NCBI RefSeq assembly: GCF_004010195.1 | Contig: NC_057718.1 | Coordinates: 97,823,300 to 97,887,299, forward strand | Length of the DNA: 64,000 nt | From: Chiloscyllium plagiosum | Lineage: Eukaryota | Direction: 5' to 3' | Part shown: piece after piece, positions 24,098 to 36,732 of the stretch | Numbering within the stretch: position 1 is the first letter of the stretch | Layout of the letters: each line of letters opens with the position of its first letter | The notes under the pieces: generated by a model | What the model was told of the DNA's origin: nothing | Databases searched by the model: none | What the model saw: the letters and a program-made list of their open reading frames with translations, nothing else | Position numbers and translations under genes: made by a program

Positions 24098-24752
24098 CAT
24101 TTTTATTACACCCTTGGTTTGGTCAGTGAAGCTCCAGTGTGTTGAGAATAAGCAAGGATCCATAATTTACTGAATGTTTGACAGAGTCATAGGGTTTTAC
24201 AGCATGGAAAGAATCCCTTCGGCCATTTGAATCTGCACTGTTTCATCTGCTCTGATCCCATTTCCGGGCATTTGGTCCATAGCCTTGCCTTGTGTGCTGT
24301 GGTATTTCATCGGAATATTTCTGAAATGTCGGCATAATTCTAGCCTTTCTCACCCTTTCAGATAGCGAGTTCCAGATACCTCCCAAAGTTTGTCCTCCAG
24401 TCCCCTCTAAACGTCCTGCCCCTTCCCAGAAATGTATTCATTTCTGCAATTTTATCACAAAATCGGTGATGCTCTTGTGTGCGGGCAACAATGCATAATA
24501 AGTCTTTTAATAAATATTTTGTCTTAATTCAGAGGTGACTCGGGTCTTGTTGTAGTTGGAAAGACACGTTCTGTGGTATTTGGGGGGTCTGTGTTTTGGT
24601 TGGCAGGACCTTTTACAGGATTTAAGGAAACTACGTTGTCTTAGTATCTGCCAAAAATGACATCCTTTTTTTGTGAGATTTATTGCAAGCAGTTGACTCG
24701 ATGCAATGATTTTGCATTTTCTCCCCTAAAACATTGCTTTCCTTCCTCCCAG

Positions 24753-24802
24753 GGAAAGAAGACATTTCTTTGCAATGAGAATGGAGAAGTAATTTGGGAC
24801 AG
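24753..24802 (+). other. Probable short internal exon, 50 nt
   Basis: Branch-like CCCTAAA, acceptor TTGCTTTCCTTCCTCCCAG|, strong donor CAG|GTAAGC; purine-rich body; one open frame GKKTFLCNENGEVIWD, another holds a minimal ATG..TAA (MRMEK*). Confidence 0.65.
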
Positions 24803-25169
24803 GTAAGCAGTCAGTCATTTTGTATTAGCTCTGTGTTTGTGACTGTGCTGTCACTTGCTTCTCCTGCATTTCAGCCATTTAAACCTTCTAAACTTGTAGC
24901 GTAAAGGATGTAGTTCAGCTGTGGTCAAATGTCCTTTTGCTGGAACCGGGGTGGTCTCCGGGAAGGTGTAGATTTCCGTTCCCAGTGCAATTTGGAAATG
25001 AGAGATTCTGCTTGTCGGATAAGTTTATTATCATCTGCCCCAGGTTTAAATCTAAACAGGTCTTTAAATGAAGTGAATCATTCCAGCTTCTTAACATGCT
25101 TTGCATTAACTGGTTCATCTGTTGCTGCTCTTGCTGAAGCAGTTGCATTGCTTTAATGCAAATCAAATT

Positions 25170-25312
25170 GTCCATGCTAAATTGCCCGTAGTGTTAGGTG
25201 AAGGGGTAAATGTATGGGAATGGGTCTGGGTGGGCTGCGCTTCGGCGGTTGGTGTGGACTTGTTGGGCCGAAGGGCCTGTTTCCACACTGCAAGTAATCT
25301 AATCTAATCTAA
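25170..25312 (+). mobile_element. HE1-type SINE 3' half
   Basis: CCATGCTAAATTGCCCGTAGTGTTAGG...(TAATC)n. Confidence 0.88.
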
Positions 25313-25445
25313 AAATGATGCTTTTGAAGGTACTTTCTTGCTTGTTGAACTGTTTGTTTTGCAAGTCAATTTATGGTTTGGAAGGACATTTATATATATT
25401 CCCTCTTTGTCCCTACTAGATTTGCTTTTCTCCTCATCCGTGATA

Positions 25446-25872
25446 TGGCACGGTAGCACAGTGGTTAGCACTGCTGCCTCACAGTACCAGGGAACTGGAT
25501 GAACCTTGGGTGAAATTGTCAGTGTGGAGTTTGCACATTCTCCCTGTGTCTGCGTGGGTTTCCTCTGCGTGCTGTGGTTCCACCCCACAGTCTAAGGATG
25601 TGCAGGTTAGATGGATTGGTTGGGTGCATGACCAGGAAGGATTGCAAGGAACATGGGCCAAATGCTGACAAATGGGACTAGATTAAATTTGGATATGTGG
25701 CCTGAAGGGTCTGTTTCCTTGCTGTACATCTCTATTACTATAAGTTGCCCATAGTGTCGAGGGATGTGCAGGCTAGGTGGATTAGCTATGGCAAAGGGTG
25801 GGTTTCTGTGGGATGTGGGTCAGTGTGGACTTGAAGGGCCAAATGGCCTGCTTCCACACTGTAGGGATTCTA
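25446..25872 (+). mobile_element. HE1-type SINE interrupted by a short CR1 tail
   Basis: Head 25446-25620, CR1 tail ~25620-25740, SINE 3' part to 25872. Confidence 0.82.
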
Positions 25873-26444
25873 GGATATGTTTACTTTCACTCTGAAGCCC
25901 CTTGCACACTATGTGGTTCTCCCCCAGTTGTTTTCCTGTCCATTGTGAAGGGGAAGTCTGAGTTGCGCTCAGTAATACATGTTGCTATCATGACCAAGGC
26001 ACTGAGCTTCTTGTATGGGAGCCGTACTTGCATTGTGTGGCATTGACTCAGCAGGGGGTACCAATGTGTGCTGCCCTACTGAACACACCAGGTTGGATTT
26101 ATTGATTTGCTGATTGTATACAGCATGTGGAAAGCCGAGAGCATGAGCCATCAGACTTAGGCCAAACTTATTCCCGAGTTCTTCCCAATCCTGTATTCTC
26201 TTTGCAGGTGGAGAATGTTTCCATGCACTGGGTTACTGTAAATTGTATGGGAGAGTTCCAATTGAAAGGGGTTAGATGAGTTATCAAAACCTTAAAAAAT
26301 AGCAAATTAAAGCCTGAAGGTCTGCTTCTAGAGGGATGGAACTTAAAAGTATTGGATATTGATTGAACCTTGGTTAGAGCTGAACTAGAATATTCTGCAC
26401 ATTTTTGATTGGTGCATTATAAATGTTTATGTTTAGGGTGAGAT

Positions 26445-26860
26445 GCTGGTGTCATGGTAATGTCATTGACCCCTGATCTGTGTAGAGGTGTACCATGACC
26501 GTTTGGGGTCTCAGGGCCTACAGCATAGTACACCAAACCAAATGGCAGAATTTATATTGTATTGACTTAATAGACTGGAGTTAACACCAAGTTTCAGTAA
26601 TACTGACCATGAAGCTGTCATGAACCGGTTCTGAAGAAGGTTCGTTGGACCCAAAATGTTAACTCTCCACAGATGTTGCCAGAACTGCTGAGCTTTTGCA
26701 GCAAGTTCTGTCTGTGTTTTGGATTTCCAGCGTCCATAGTTCTTCGTGTTTTGTTTTAAAAATCCATCTGATTCACTTTACAGGAAAATTTGCCACCCTT
26801 ACTTGTATTGCCTGGCTGAAATGTAACTCTAGATCCACAGCAATGTGCTTGAGTGTGGGT
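26445..26860 (+). mobile_element. SINE family C interrupted by PLE family-3 pLTR (26625-26760)
   Basis: TGGTGTCATGGTAATGTCATTG head; insert TTCTGAAGAAGGTTCGTTGGACCCAAAATGTTAACTCT is a decayed hammerhead. Confidence 0.6.
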
Positions 26861-27086
26861 TTGATTCCCATACTAGACTGATGTTACCTCCTCTGCAGCT
26901 TTTCGGCTGTGATCAGATATTGCAATACTGACTTTTCTCATTCTGCAGTTCAGTTTTTTGAGTGACTGCTGTTTTTGTAATTTCAAGCACCTCTTCATTT
27001 GTTCTGTCGTTGATATATAGATACCCCAAATCTTAGTGCTCACACTTCAAAGGCCTCTGTTTATTTCCACAAACCTTTAATTATTC

Positions 27087-27560
27087 ATAGAGTCATAGAG
27101 TCCTACAGCAAGGAGATATGCCCTTTGGCCCAAACCGGTCCATGCCGACCAAAATGCCTATCCACACTAACCCTATTTCCCTGCACTTGGTCCATGTCCT
27201 TCTAATCCTTTCCTGTCCATGTATTTGTCCAAATGCCTTTTAAATGTTGTTAATGTACCTGCCTCAACCATTTCCATTGGCAGCTCATTCCATATGTGTA
27301 CCACCCTCTGTGTAAAAAAGTTACCCCTCAAATTCACTTTTATTCTTTCCCCTCTAACCCGAAACTGATAACCTCTTGTCCTTGATTACCCAACCCTGGG
27401 AAAAAGACTGACTGTATTCATCCTATCCATGCCTCTCATGATTTTATACACTTCTGTAAGATCCCCCTTCAGTCTCCTATACTCTAAAGAAATCAGACCT
27501 AGCTTGTCCAACCACGCCCGATAACTCAGACCACAGGCAACATCCCTGTAAATTTCTTCT
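27087..27560 (-). mobile_element. CR1/HER1-type LINE 3' fragment
   Basis: (CATAGAGT)n tail and reverse-complement match to 23700-24097. Confidence 0.88.
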
Positions 27561-27911
27561 ATTGTCTGGGTTTCTGAGGGTGCTCAGGAAAGGGATGGAG
27601 TTTGGGACCTTTGGAGCTTTTCCTTTGCTACAAACTTCAGTTTTCTTGTTGATAACACGTCCTTTATTTGCACAAAATTACATCTAGCTGCATCTTTACT
27701 TCTAATGTCTTCATCACATCCATCATCTTTGTTATTGTTTGCCCCACATAGAAAAATGTATCTATTGTTCCATAATAGCACTATTTCACTTCAACCTTCA
27801 CTCTAGTCTATTTCTAAGGACTCAATCTTTCAAACTGCTACTGCTTTTATCTTTCTGGTGTTCAGTCTTAATCCATATTCTAAACCTGTACTTTACTTGC
27901 TATTTTGTGTA

Positions 27912-28350
27912 ATAGAAAAAGAAGTAGGCCATTCAGCCCCTCTGAGGCCGTTCTGCCATTCAGTGAGATCATGGCTGATCTGTGACCTCACTCCATCAAC
28001 CTGCCTTTGGTCCATATCCCTTACTAACTTCGCTTAACAAAGAAAATCTATCTCAGATTTAAAATTAAGTACTGATTGAGCGTCAACTGCTGCTTGTGGA
28101 ATAGAGTTCCAAACCTCTACCACCTTTTGTGTGTAGAAGTGTTTCCCAACATCGCTCCTGAATGGTCTGGCCCTTATTTTTAGGCTAGTTTCCTCATTCT
28201 AGAATTCCCAAAGTGGAAATAGTTTATATTTATCTACTCTGTCTTTTCTTGTTAATATCTTGAAGATTTTGATCAGACACTTTCAAGAAAACAGGTCTAA
28301 TTTATATAATCCCTCCTCATGACCTAACCTCTGAAGTCCCAGTATATTGT
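27912..28350 (-). mobile_element. CR1-type LINE 3' fragment (second subfamily)
   Basis: GTAGGCCATTCAGCCCC...GAGATCATGGCTGATCT tail. Confidence 0.78.
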
Positions 28351-28809
28351 TGACATGTTTGCAATATTCTTGACTCCAATTTTGACCATGTGCATTTAAT
28401 TCTAGGGATATTTGTTCAGCTTACATATTGATAATTTTGGTGTCACATGCATGAGTTTGTTGTAACCAAGATCCATAAATTTGAGACACTCGCCACTATA
28501 GCTCGCAGGCAGTTCCAGAGAAGTCTCTTGACGTGGAGAGTGATTGGAATGTGGGACTGACTGAGGTTGAGATGAGCGGATGCCTTTTATTGAAGAGAAG
28601 TAAATACATGTGAGAGGGAGGAATCAAAGGACTGCCTGATAGTGGGGAGGTTAAGGAGAGAGGTTCATGTGGCACATTTATAGGCTGGGAGGCCTGTTCA
28701 CACGCGTAAGAAACTAGAGTAGGCCACTCGACCCTTCAAGCCTGTTCTGCCCATTCAGTATGATCATGGCTGCTCTGATGTTAACCTCAAATCCATATTC
28801 CTGCACAAT

Positions 28810-29096
28810 GTAGAAAGAATCCACACTGAACTAACCCCCATCCTATACATATCACCCCACTTTTACTGTGGCTAATCCACCCAACCTGCACAACTCTGGT
28901 CACTGAAGTATGGCCAATCCACCTAACCTGCACATCTTCGGACTGTGGGAGGAAAACAAAAGCACCCAGTGAAAACCCACGCAGACACGGGGAGAATGTG
29001 CAGATTCCACGCAGACAGTCAGCCAAGGCTGGAATCGAACCTAGGTCTGTGGCATTGTGAGGCAGCAGAGCTAACCACTGAGCCACTGTGCCACCC
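28810..29096 (-). mobile_element. HE1-type SINE within a CR1 tail
   Basis: Matches HE1 body and head. Confidence 0.88.
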
Positions 29097-30429
29097 AATG
29101 CCTTTAATAACCTTCCATCCCCTTGGTAATGAAGAATCTGTTTACCTCTGCCTTGGAAATATTTAAATATAATTTTGCTGTACATTCTGGGTAAGGTTAT
29201 GCATAAAATGGATGAAGGTTATCCTGATGCGACTTTTGCAATGTTTGCTGGAATTGTACTATTTTTCCTGATCAGACTGTTCCAAGCAGGTTTAAATAAC
29301 GTTCCACAAGCAAAAGGAAAAGAACTGACAATTTGTACAGAATTTCCTCCCCTACCACACCGTGCTTCGATACCACAATTTGAAGACACTATTTTGAGGT
29401 TTTTCCCAATATTTTGCTATTTGTTTTTAGTACCATTTGGTGACTGGGGAGCATTTCATTTACCAGTAGTAAAGATTTCTCTGCACTTTTCAAAAAAAAA
29501 AATTGTGGCCCATTAGCATTTTGGAACATTGGAACACTGACAGCATGTGAAGCATTTCCAGAATCTCCAAAGAGAGGGACTGTAATCATTAAAAAGAGCT
29601 TGGGGAGATGGTGAAGAGCAAGTTTCATAAACCTTGGTGATTAGCAAATTAAGTAGACTTCCATTGATTTGAAGGAACACAAATCTGTTACCTGTCGGTT
29701 GAAGGAGGAAGAAGTGAGGAAGTTGGGTCTGAAATAAGAATAGGAAATGCTTGAGCAATGCACAGGTTTGGCTCCCTCTTTGAAGGCAGAAACAGGGTTA
29801 ACATTTCAGGTCCTAAATGACCCTTCTTTGGAAGAGTTGTCACTTTATTTCAGGAGGCAAATTTGTTGGAATTGATACCACACTTGCTTGTACCCTCTAT
29901 TAAATCACAACTGTATTTATGAGGCACACGGAGTTACAAAACTCAGGGAAATTAGCTGTTTGTTACAAATACTTGTGTAGCACAATTGCAGCATGGAGCT
30001 AACATTGGCCATAAAGTTGCCTATCAGTGACAATCTGAAATTCATAGCTTGTTCCAAACTCAGGGGTTTCTGTTCATGAGCAACCCATGCATATGAAGTA
30101 GGTAGCCAGTGTATTGTTCAATGTGGCTATCGTGATTCTGTCCTCTTCGGCCGAGCAGCATCAGGATCCCCAGCGTCACTGCCCAGTTTTACCAGGCTGT
30201 TTCGTTTCCCAAAATGCAAAGGACCTTTGTGGCAACATTTGCATCTCTCCAGAGCAGTCTTGACTGGCCTGATGCCTAATCAAGTTCATTTTACTGCCTT
30301 TGTTGATATATGCACTATTACACTAATAATAGCAAACTTCTATGAGAAACCGAGAAGTAAAGAATTGTATTTTTGTCATACCTTTCATGTCTGCAGGAAT
30401 TCATAGAATGCATTGGGGCAGTTACCAAG

Positions 30430-33072
30430 AGCAGTATGTCATGGAGTTGACCAGGGAGCAAGCTATCTTGGATCTAATAATGGGTAATGAGGCAGGTTTC
30501 ATGAATGACCTCTGATTAAAAGATCCTTGAGGAAGTAGTGATCATAACATGATACAATTTAATATTCAGTTTGAGAGTGAAAAACTTGGGTCAGAAGCAA
30601 CTGTGTTTAACTTAAATAAAGAGAATTAAAATGAAATAAGGAGAGAGTTAGCTGAGCTAAATTGGGAAGATAGATTAGGAAGAATGACTGAGAATAAGCA
30701 GTAGTGACAGATATTTAAGGAGGTGAATTATGACTGTCAGCAAACGCATTCCAATAAGAGGAAAGATTCTAAGATAGAGATAAACCAACCATGGCTAACT
30801 GTATAAATTAAGGAGAGTATTAATTTGAAATAAAAAGCACATAGGAGACCAAAATGACAGCCTCAAAGACTGGGAAAAATTCTGAACCCAGCAAAGGAAA
30901 ACTCAAAAGAAAATAAAGACAGAAAAAAAACTGAGGGCAATCTAGAGAGGGATTATAAAGACTGACAATAAGAGCTTCTTTAAACATATCAAAAGGAGGA
31001 GAATGGTCAAAGAAACATCGACCTCTTAGAAAATGAATCTGAGGGGATAGTTTTGGGAAACCAAGGAAATGGCAGTGGAATTAAACAGATATTTTGCATC
31101 AGTCTTTACGGTAGAAGCACTCCATTAATATTAAAGAATAAAGGGGAGGAATTAAGTACCATCACCATCACGAGAGAGGTAGTTTTAGACAAACTAATGA
31201 GATGAAAGGCAGATTAGGTTAGTTTCCCTACAGTGTGGAAACAGGCCCTTCGGCCCAACAAGTCCACACCTACCCTCCGAAGAGTAACCCACCCAGACCC
31301 ATTTCCCTCTGATTAATGCACCTAACACTATGGGCAATGTAGCATGGCCAATTCACCTGACCTACGCATTTTGGACTGTGGGAGGAAACCCATGCAGACA
31401 TGGGGAGAATGTGCAAACTCCTTACAGACAGTAAGGAATTAAACCTGGGACCCTAGTGCTGTGAGGCAGCAGTGCTAACCACTGAGCCACCATGTTGCCC
31501 CTTTTCTTTCGCTGTGCCAATAGATCCCCTGGCCCTGATGGTTTTCATTCTAAGATCTCAGCGACAGAGACAAGGGATGCATTGATTCTGGAGTGGTTCC
31601 AGAGAATTGAAAATCTGCTAATGCGACATTCTGTTCAAAAAGGGACAGAGGCAAAGAGTGAGTAAATATAGCCCAATTAACGAACATTTATTGTTGGAAA
31701 GGTATTGGAATCAATCATTAAGTAATTAATAATTAATGAAGTAATAGCAGCACATTTGGAAAATCATAATCTCATCAAGCAGAGTCAGCATGGCTTGATG
31801 AAAGGAAAATTGTGTCTGACTAATTTCTTAGAGTTTTCTGAGGAACTCTCAACCAGAGTGGATAGGAGGGAGGCAGTCGATGTGTTGTCTTTGGATGTCC
31901 AGAAGGCATTCGGCAAGGTAGCTCACAAAAGTCATAAGATTGGAGGTAGGATATTAATGACAAAATAACTGCAGATGCTGGAATCCAAAGAAGACACACA
32001 GAAGGCTGAAAGAACACAGCAAGCCAGGCAATATCAGGAAGAAGGGTTATACTCAGAGGGAGGATACTGGCATGTTTAGAGAATTAGTTAACGGGCAGGA
32101 TTCAGCAAGTGGGGAGAAGGGGCTCAGGTGGTGACCTGTGACCAGTGAGGTTCCAAAGGCAACTGTTTGCAATAAATATTAATGACTTGGAGGAAGGAAG
32201 TGAATGTACTGCAGCCAAATTTGCAGACAACATCAAATAGATGGAAAGGCATGTTGTGAGAGGGATACAGTTTACAGAGATATTAGTAGGTTAAGTAAGT
32301 GGGCAAGATGTCGGCAGATGGAGTATATTGTGGGGAAAATGCAAATTTTGGAAGCAGACGTGGAGAACGGCATTATTTAAATGGAGTAAAGTTGCAGAAA
32401 ACTGCAACATGAAGGGACTTGGAGGTATTTGTGCATAAAACAAAGCAAGCACACAGGTATAGCAGGTAATCAGGAAGGCTAATGGAATGTTAGCCTTTAT
32501 TTCAATGACTTAGGAGTGTAGGAATAGGAAAGTCTGACTACAACTGTACAAAGTGACGGTGAGACCACATGTGGAGCACTGTGAGCAGTTTTGGTCCCCT
32601 CATTCAAGGAAATGTATCATTTCATTGGAGGCAGTTTAGGGAAGGTTCATTAAGATGGTCCCAAGTATGGACAATGGTTTTATGTGCAGATGTTAAACAG
32701 TTTGAGAAAAATGAGAGGAGATCTTATTGAAACATACTGAGTTCTTCAGGAACTTGACAGGGTAAATGCCGAAAAGATATTTCACCTCACAGCAGAGTCT
32801 GGGATCAGTGGGCATAGTCTCAGACTAAAGGGGAGTCAGTTCAAGACTGAGATGAGGAGGAATTTCTTCTCTGAGGGTTAAGAGTCATTGGAACTCCTTG
32901 CCACAGAGAGCTCTGGGGGCCAGAGTCCTTGCGTATATTTAAGGCTGAAAGAGAGAGATTCTTGATCAGCTGGGGAATCAAGGGTTACAGGGAAAGGGCT
33001 GGATCAGCCATGATCCTGTTGAATGGTGGGGCAGGGTCAAGGGGCTGAATGGCCTACTCCTGTTCTGTTTTG
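30430..33072 (+). mobile_element. Long decayed CR1 ORF2 remnant (endonuclease C-terminus to RT to tail)
   Basis: TREQAILDLIMGN..GSSDHN, SPGPDGFH, HLENHNLIKQSQHGLMKGKLCLTNFLEFSEE..D.QKAF.KV, INDLEEG..AKFAD, LYKVTVRPHVEHCEQFWSP; many stops and frameshifts. Confidence 0.92.
31212..31500 (-). mobile_element. HE1-type SINE nested in CR1
   Basis: Matches HE1 consensus seen elsewhere in the window. Confidence 0.9.
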
Positions 33073-34324
33073 TTACAGCCTTCTGGTTTTATGAACATTC
33101 CAATGCACCTTCCAACTAATGGAGGACTTGTAAATTGGAGTCACTGTTGAGGAGGGCAAATGATTTGAATGCGATCTTCTGAGGACCTGGTAAATAGTAT
33201 AATGCTGGCTATTGTGTATATGTTGAGATATGACAGACCAATGTGTATTGTTCTTGTGCATGGCAAGAGAAGAGTGATAAATGTGGGTGAGCCTTAAGAA
33301 CAGGATGTATTTGACTGGAGAGCAAGGTGAGACCATGGTTTCATATTTGCTGAGGTTCCCCATTCTGTTATGTGCGGTCATTCAAGATATGGCCCTGCAA
33401 GGAAATTAAGCTCCATGATGCTAAGCTCACCTGTAGATCTGCTCCTTATATGGTTAACCTTGTGAGGCACATTAACAGGCAGACATTGAGTGTTGCTGAG
33501 AAACCCAACATTTTCTCAAAGGTTTTTACTTTGCATTCATCAGGACAGATTGCAAGAAATACTAATGTAAAGGGGAGCCAACATTTTATGTTGTGAGTGT
33601 TGATTGGTTGGCATGTGGACTCTGGTAGAGGCATTTTCTTAGGGAGTGCATCAGTTAGATGACAACTGACAGTTAACTGCCAAGCAATGGATGTAAGAAA
33701 ATCAGTAACAAACAGTTCAGGATGATCATTTAGGCTCTGCATGTCTCACTTACACTTGCGTATATTCAGATATAGGGATCTGTCCTCTGCAGGCAAAAGG
33801 AACATGTTCAGGCGTTGCGCCTTTTTTGAATTTTGCATAAGCACAAGGGGATAATAATTCTGCAGTGCATCCTCCATGGCAAGGCCTTGACTAGTCACTA
33901 CCCTTTCCCTGCCCAGCAGAACTTATTGCTTCCTTCAAGATTTGTCATTCAGGCATCTGTACTGGTGAGTGTAAGATGAAAAACTTGGACAAAATGTTGT
34001 CTTTTACAATAATACTGCAGTTCTATGCAACAGAGGGTTAAGATGTTAGAATTGGAGTGATCCAATGCACAGTGACAAAATATGCCCAACACCTGCAGCT
34101 TATTGTGGACGATGAGTGAGTGACCATGCATCAATGCATTTGGGTGGTTTTAGAACAATTCTAATGCGTCAGACCCCTGGATGATATGAATGTGCTGAAG
34201 TTTTCAATTGTAAGCTGCGGTTTAAATGTGATGGGTCGGATTAAAATCAAGATTGTGGGGAAGTCTTGATTGTATGTGAAGACAAATGGAACTTTTGACA
34301 GGTTTGAGTCAACAAAGTTGCATG

Positions 34325-34520
34325 AGTCGATGAAGTGTGGCACTGGAAAAGGCATAGCAGGTCAGACAGCATCCAAGGAGCAAGAGAGTCAACATATCAG
34401 GCATAACCCTTCTTCAAGACTGGTAGGGGAGGGGAGGGGGTTGAGAGGTAAATGGGCGGGAAGGGCTGTGGGGCTACGGGAAAGGTAGGCGATGGGTGGG
34501 CGAAGGTGGGAGGTGATGAT
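34325..34520 (-). mobile_element. PLE family-1 pLTR/3' segment
   Basis: CTGGAAAAGGCATAGCAGGTCAGACAGCATCCAAGGAGC...CCCTTCTTCAAG followed by G-rich segment like 13170-13280. Confidence 0.75.
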
Positions 34521-34744
34521 GGTTGCTGCATTTGTTTGAAGTGTGCTGCCTTTTCCTGCAACCTATTCCCAGATCCTGCAAGTATTGAGTGGCAGAGCAG
34601 ACTCAAAGGGCTGAATGGCTTCCGCATACTCTTACGTCCTTTGTTTGCAGAAGTGATCCTGGCCATTGACATGTGCCAGGCATTGCTGGCCTCTGCGGAG
34701 ATGGCTGGAGTGCCCAGGCAGTGCAATTGTCCTTTTATGCACAA

Positions 34745-35708
34745 TGTTAGGGACTAAACTAGCATTCCCCAAATTATATTATGGAGACCCCGACTCTTAT
34801 TGTATATTAGAGGTAAATGTTCCAGATATGATTTGATTGGTCCATCTCTAAACATCAATCAAAACACACTTTATTCTTACAGTGCAATTAAAATGTAACG
34901 AAATGAAGGGTTGGTATAACTTTACACCATTGTCATACTCAACAAGACAATGCATTATCTAACCACGACTCATAAACTGTTCCAATAGTGGCAGCATCCC
35001 ATAAACACACCCTTTGGTAAAAATACAAGGCAGCAAATTAGTTATTATTCTCACACGCTGTCTGTCTTCAGTCCAGTAGAACAAGATACTGAAGGAAACA
35101 ATCTGTCCCTTTTGACTTCTAAGAGGAAACCTCTGTGTCTACATGTTTGATCTCACAGCAGAGAGAGCTCCAGTAGCGAGCTAACAAAAAATAACAATTG
35201 AAAGCAAAACTAAAGTCCCCAGGGTGTGTGAGAGCTCTGACCGTGCCCACTCATGATTCCTTTGTCTTACTATTAAAACCAAAACCACCCAGGGAGAAAC
35301 CCAAAGCCATTTACAAAGTGCCTGCTGGGACAAGACACCTCAACACCATTGTGGCAAAACCCTGCTGCAAGAGAAACAGGAGAGAACTCATCGCTTAAAG
35401 TTAAAAATCACACAGCACCAGGTTATAGTCCAACAGGTTTAATTGGAAGTGCTAGCTTTCGGAGCGTCGCTCCTCCATCAGGTGGTTGCATGAGTTGATC
35501 AAGTATGGCACTGGAAAAGGCACAACAGGTCAGGCAGCATCCAAGGAGCAAGAATCCACAACCACCTGATGAAGGGGCAGCGCTTCGAAAGCTAGCGCTT
35601 CCAATTAAACCTATTGGACTATAACATGATGTTGTGTGATTTTTAACTTTGTACACCCCAGTCCAACACCAGCACCTCCAAATCACATCTCTTAAAAGCA
35701 GAGTAACA
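34745..35708 (-). mobile_element. Possible solo LTR interrupted by a PLE cassette
   Basis: Terminal TGTTA...TAACA, AATAAA on the minus strand at ~34870; no clear TSD. Confidence 0.4.
35397..35685. mobile_element. PLE family-2 fold-back cassette with captured family-1 loop
   Basis: Inverted arms with hammerhead motifs; TSD-like CATC(G/T)CTTAAA on both sides. Confidence 0.85.
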
Positions 35709-36149
35709 TCAGAAAAGGGGTTTCCATTCACTCTCTATCAATCAGTGCTCTATCAGACTGTATTTTCACAACCTAATGTTTCTGTTAGCTGAGTATCCAT
35801 GTTTTTATGATAGAGGAATGCTAGAAACGTAAATGTGTTGATCAGCAAGAGTTTGAAGTGGATGTTTTCTTGAAACTAAACAAAGCACAGTGCCTGACCT
35901 TGTTGGAAGATTCAGTTTCAGAGAGGAATTTGCCTTGTTCAATACAGGACGGACTGTTAACATTTAAGGATTTGTAGCCAAAAGTGTGACTGGGTAGATG
36001 ATTCAAAGACGCATTCGTCTCTGATGACCCGCTATCACTCCCAGTCCTTCAGCAGATCTGCTTCCGCAGTCAGAGGGACTAGACTGCAGAATGAGTTGTC
36101 TCTGCAGTGTGACCTGATTCTATAGTGATGGGGATTAGATTAACATGTT

Positions 36150-36732
36150 ACCCACTGTTTTCATCTTCTCTCTCTCTTTCTCTCCTATCTCTTCCTCTTT
36201 GCCTCTCTCTTTCTTTCCATCTCTGTCATTCATCTTCTTTCTCTGTGTCTTTTCCTGGATCTCTTATTTCTGTCTGTTTCTATCTTGTCTCTATCGCTTC
36301 CTTGTCACTATCTCTTCCTTGCCTCTTTGTCTCCCTTTGTTTCTCTTTCTCTCTCTCTGTGTCTCACTCTGTGTCCCTTCTCTCTATCTCTCCCTTCTGT
36401 TTCTATCTGTCTCTGTCTCTCTCCTGACTGTCATTCTCCTTTCTGTCTCTCTCTCTCATCGATCTCTCTCTCCCTCTATCTCTCTGTGTCTCTTTCCTTT
36501 GTCTCTCTTTCTCTCTCTTTTCCCTCTTTCTCTGTCTCTTTCCTATCTCTCTCTTCTTTCCTATTTCTCTATTTCTCCATCTCCCTTGTCCCTCTCTCTC
36601 TCTCCCCCTCCCTTGTCTCTTTCTCTCTCTTATCACTGTCTCTCTGTCTCTCTCTTTCCTCTCTTTCTCTCCCTACCTCTCTCGCTTGCTTATTCTCTTC
36701 TTCCTCCTCCTCATTCCTCTCTCTCTCTCTCT
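36150..36732. repeat. Degenerate (CT)n polypyrimidine tract
   Basis: Almost entirely C/T on the + strand over ~580 bp. Confidence 0.95.

Noticed and set aside
30430..33072. Intact reverse transcriptase gene
   Set aside because: Numerous stops, frameshifts and nested insertions; a dead CR1 copy
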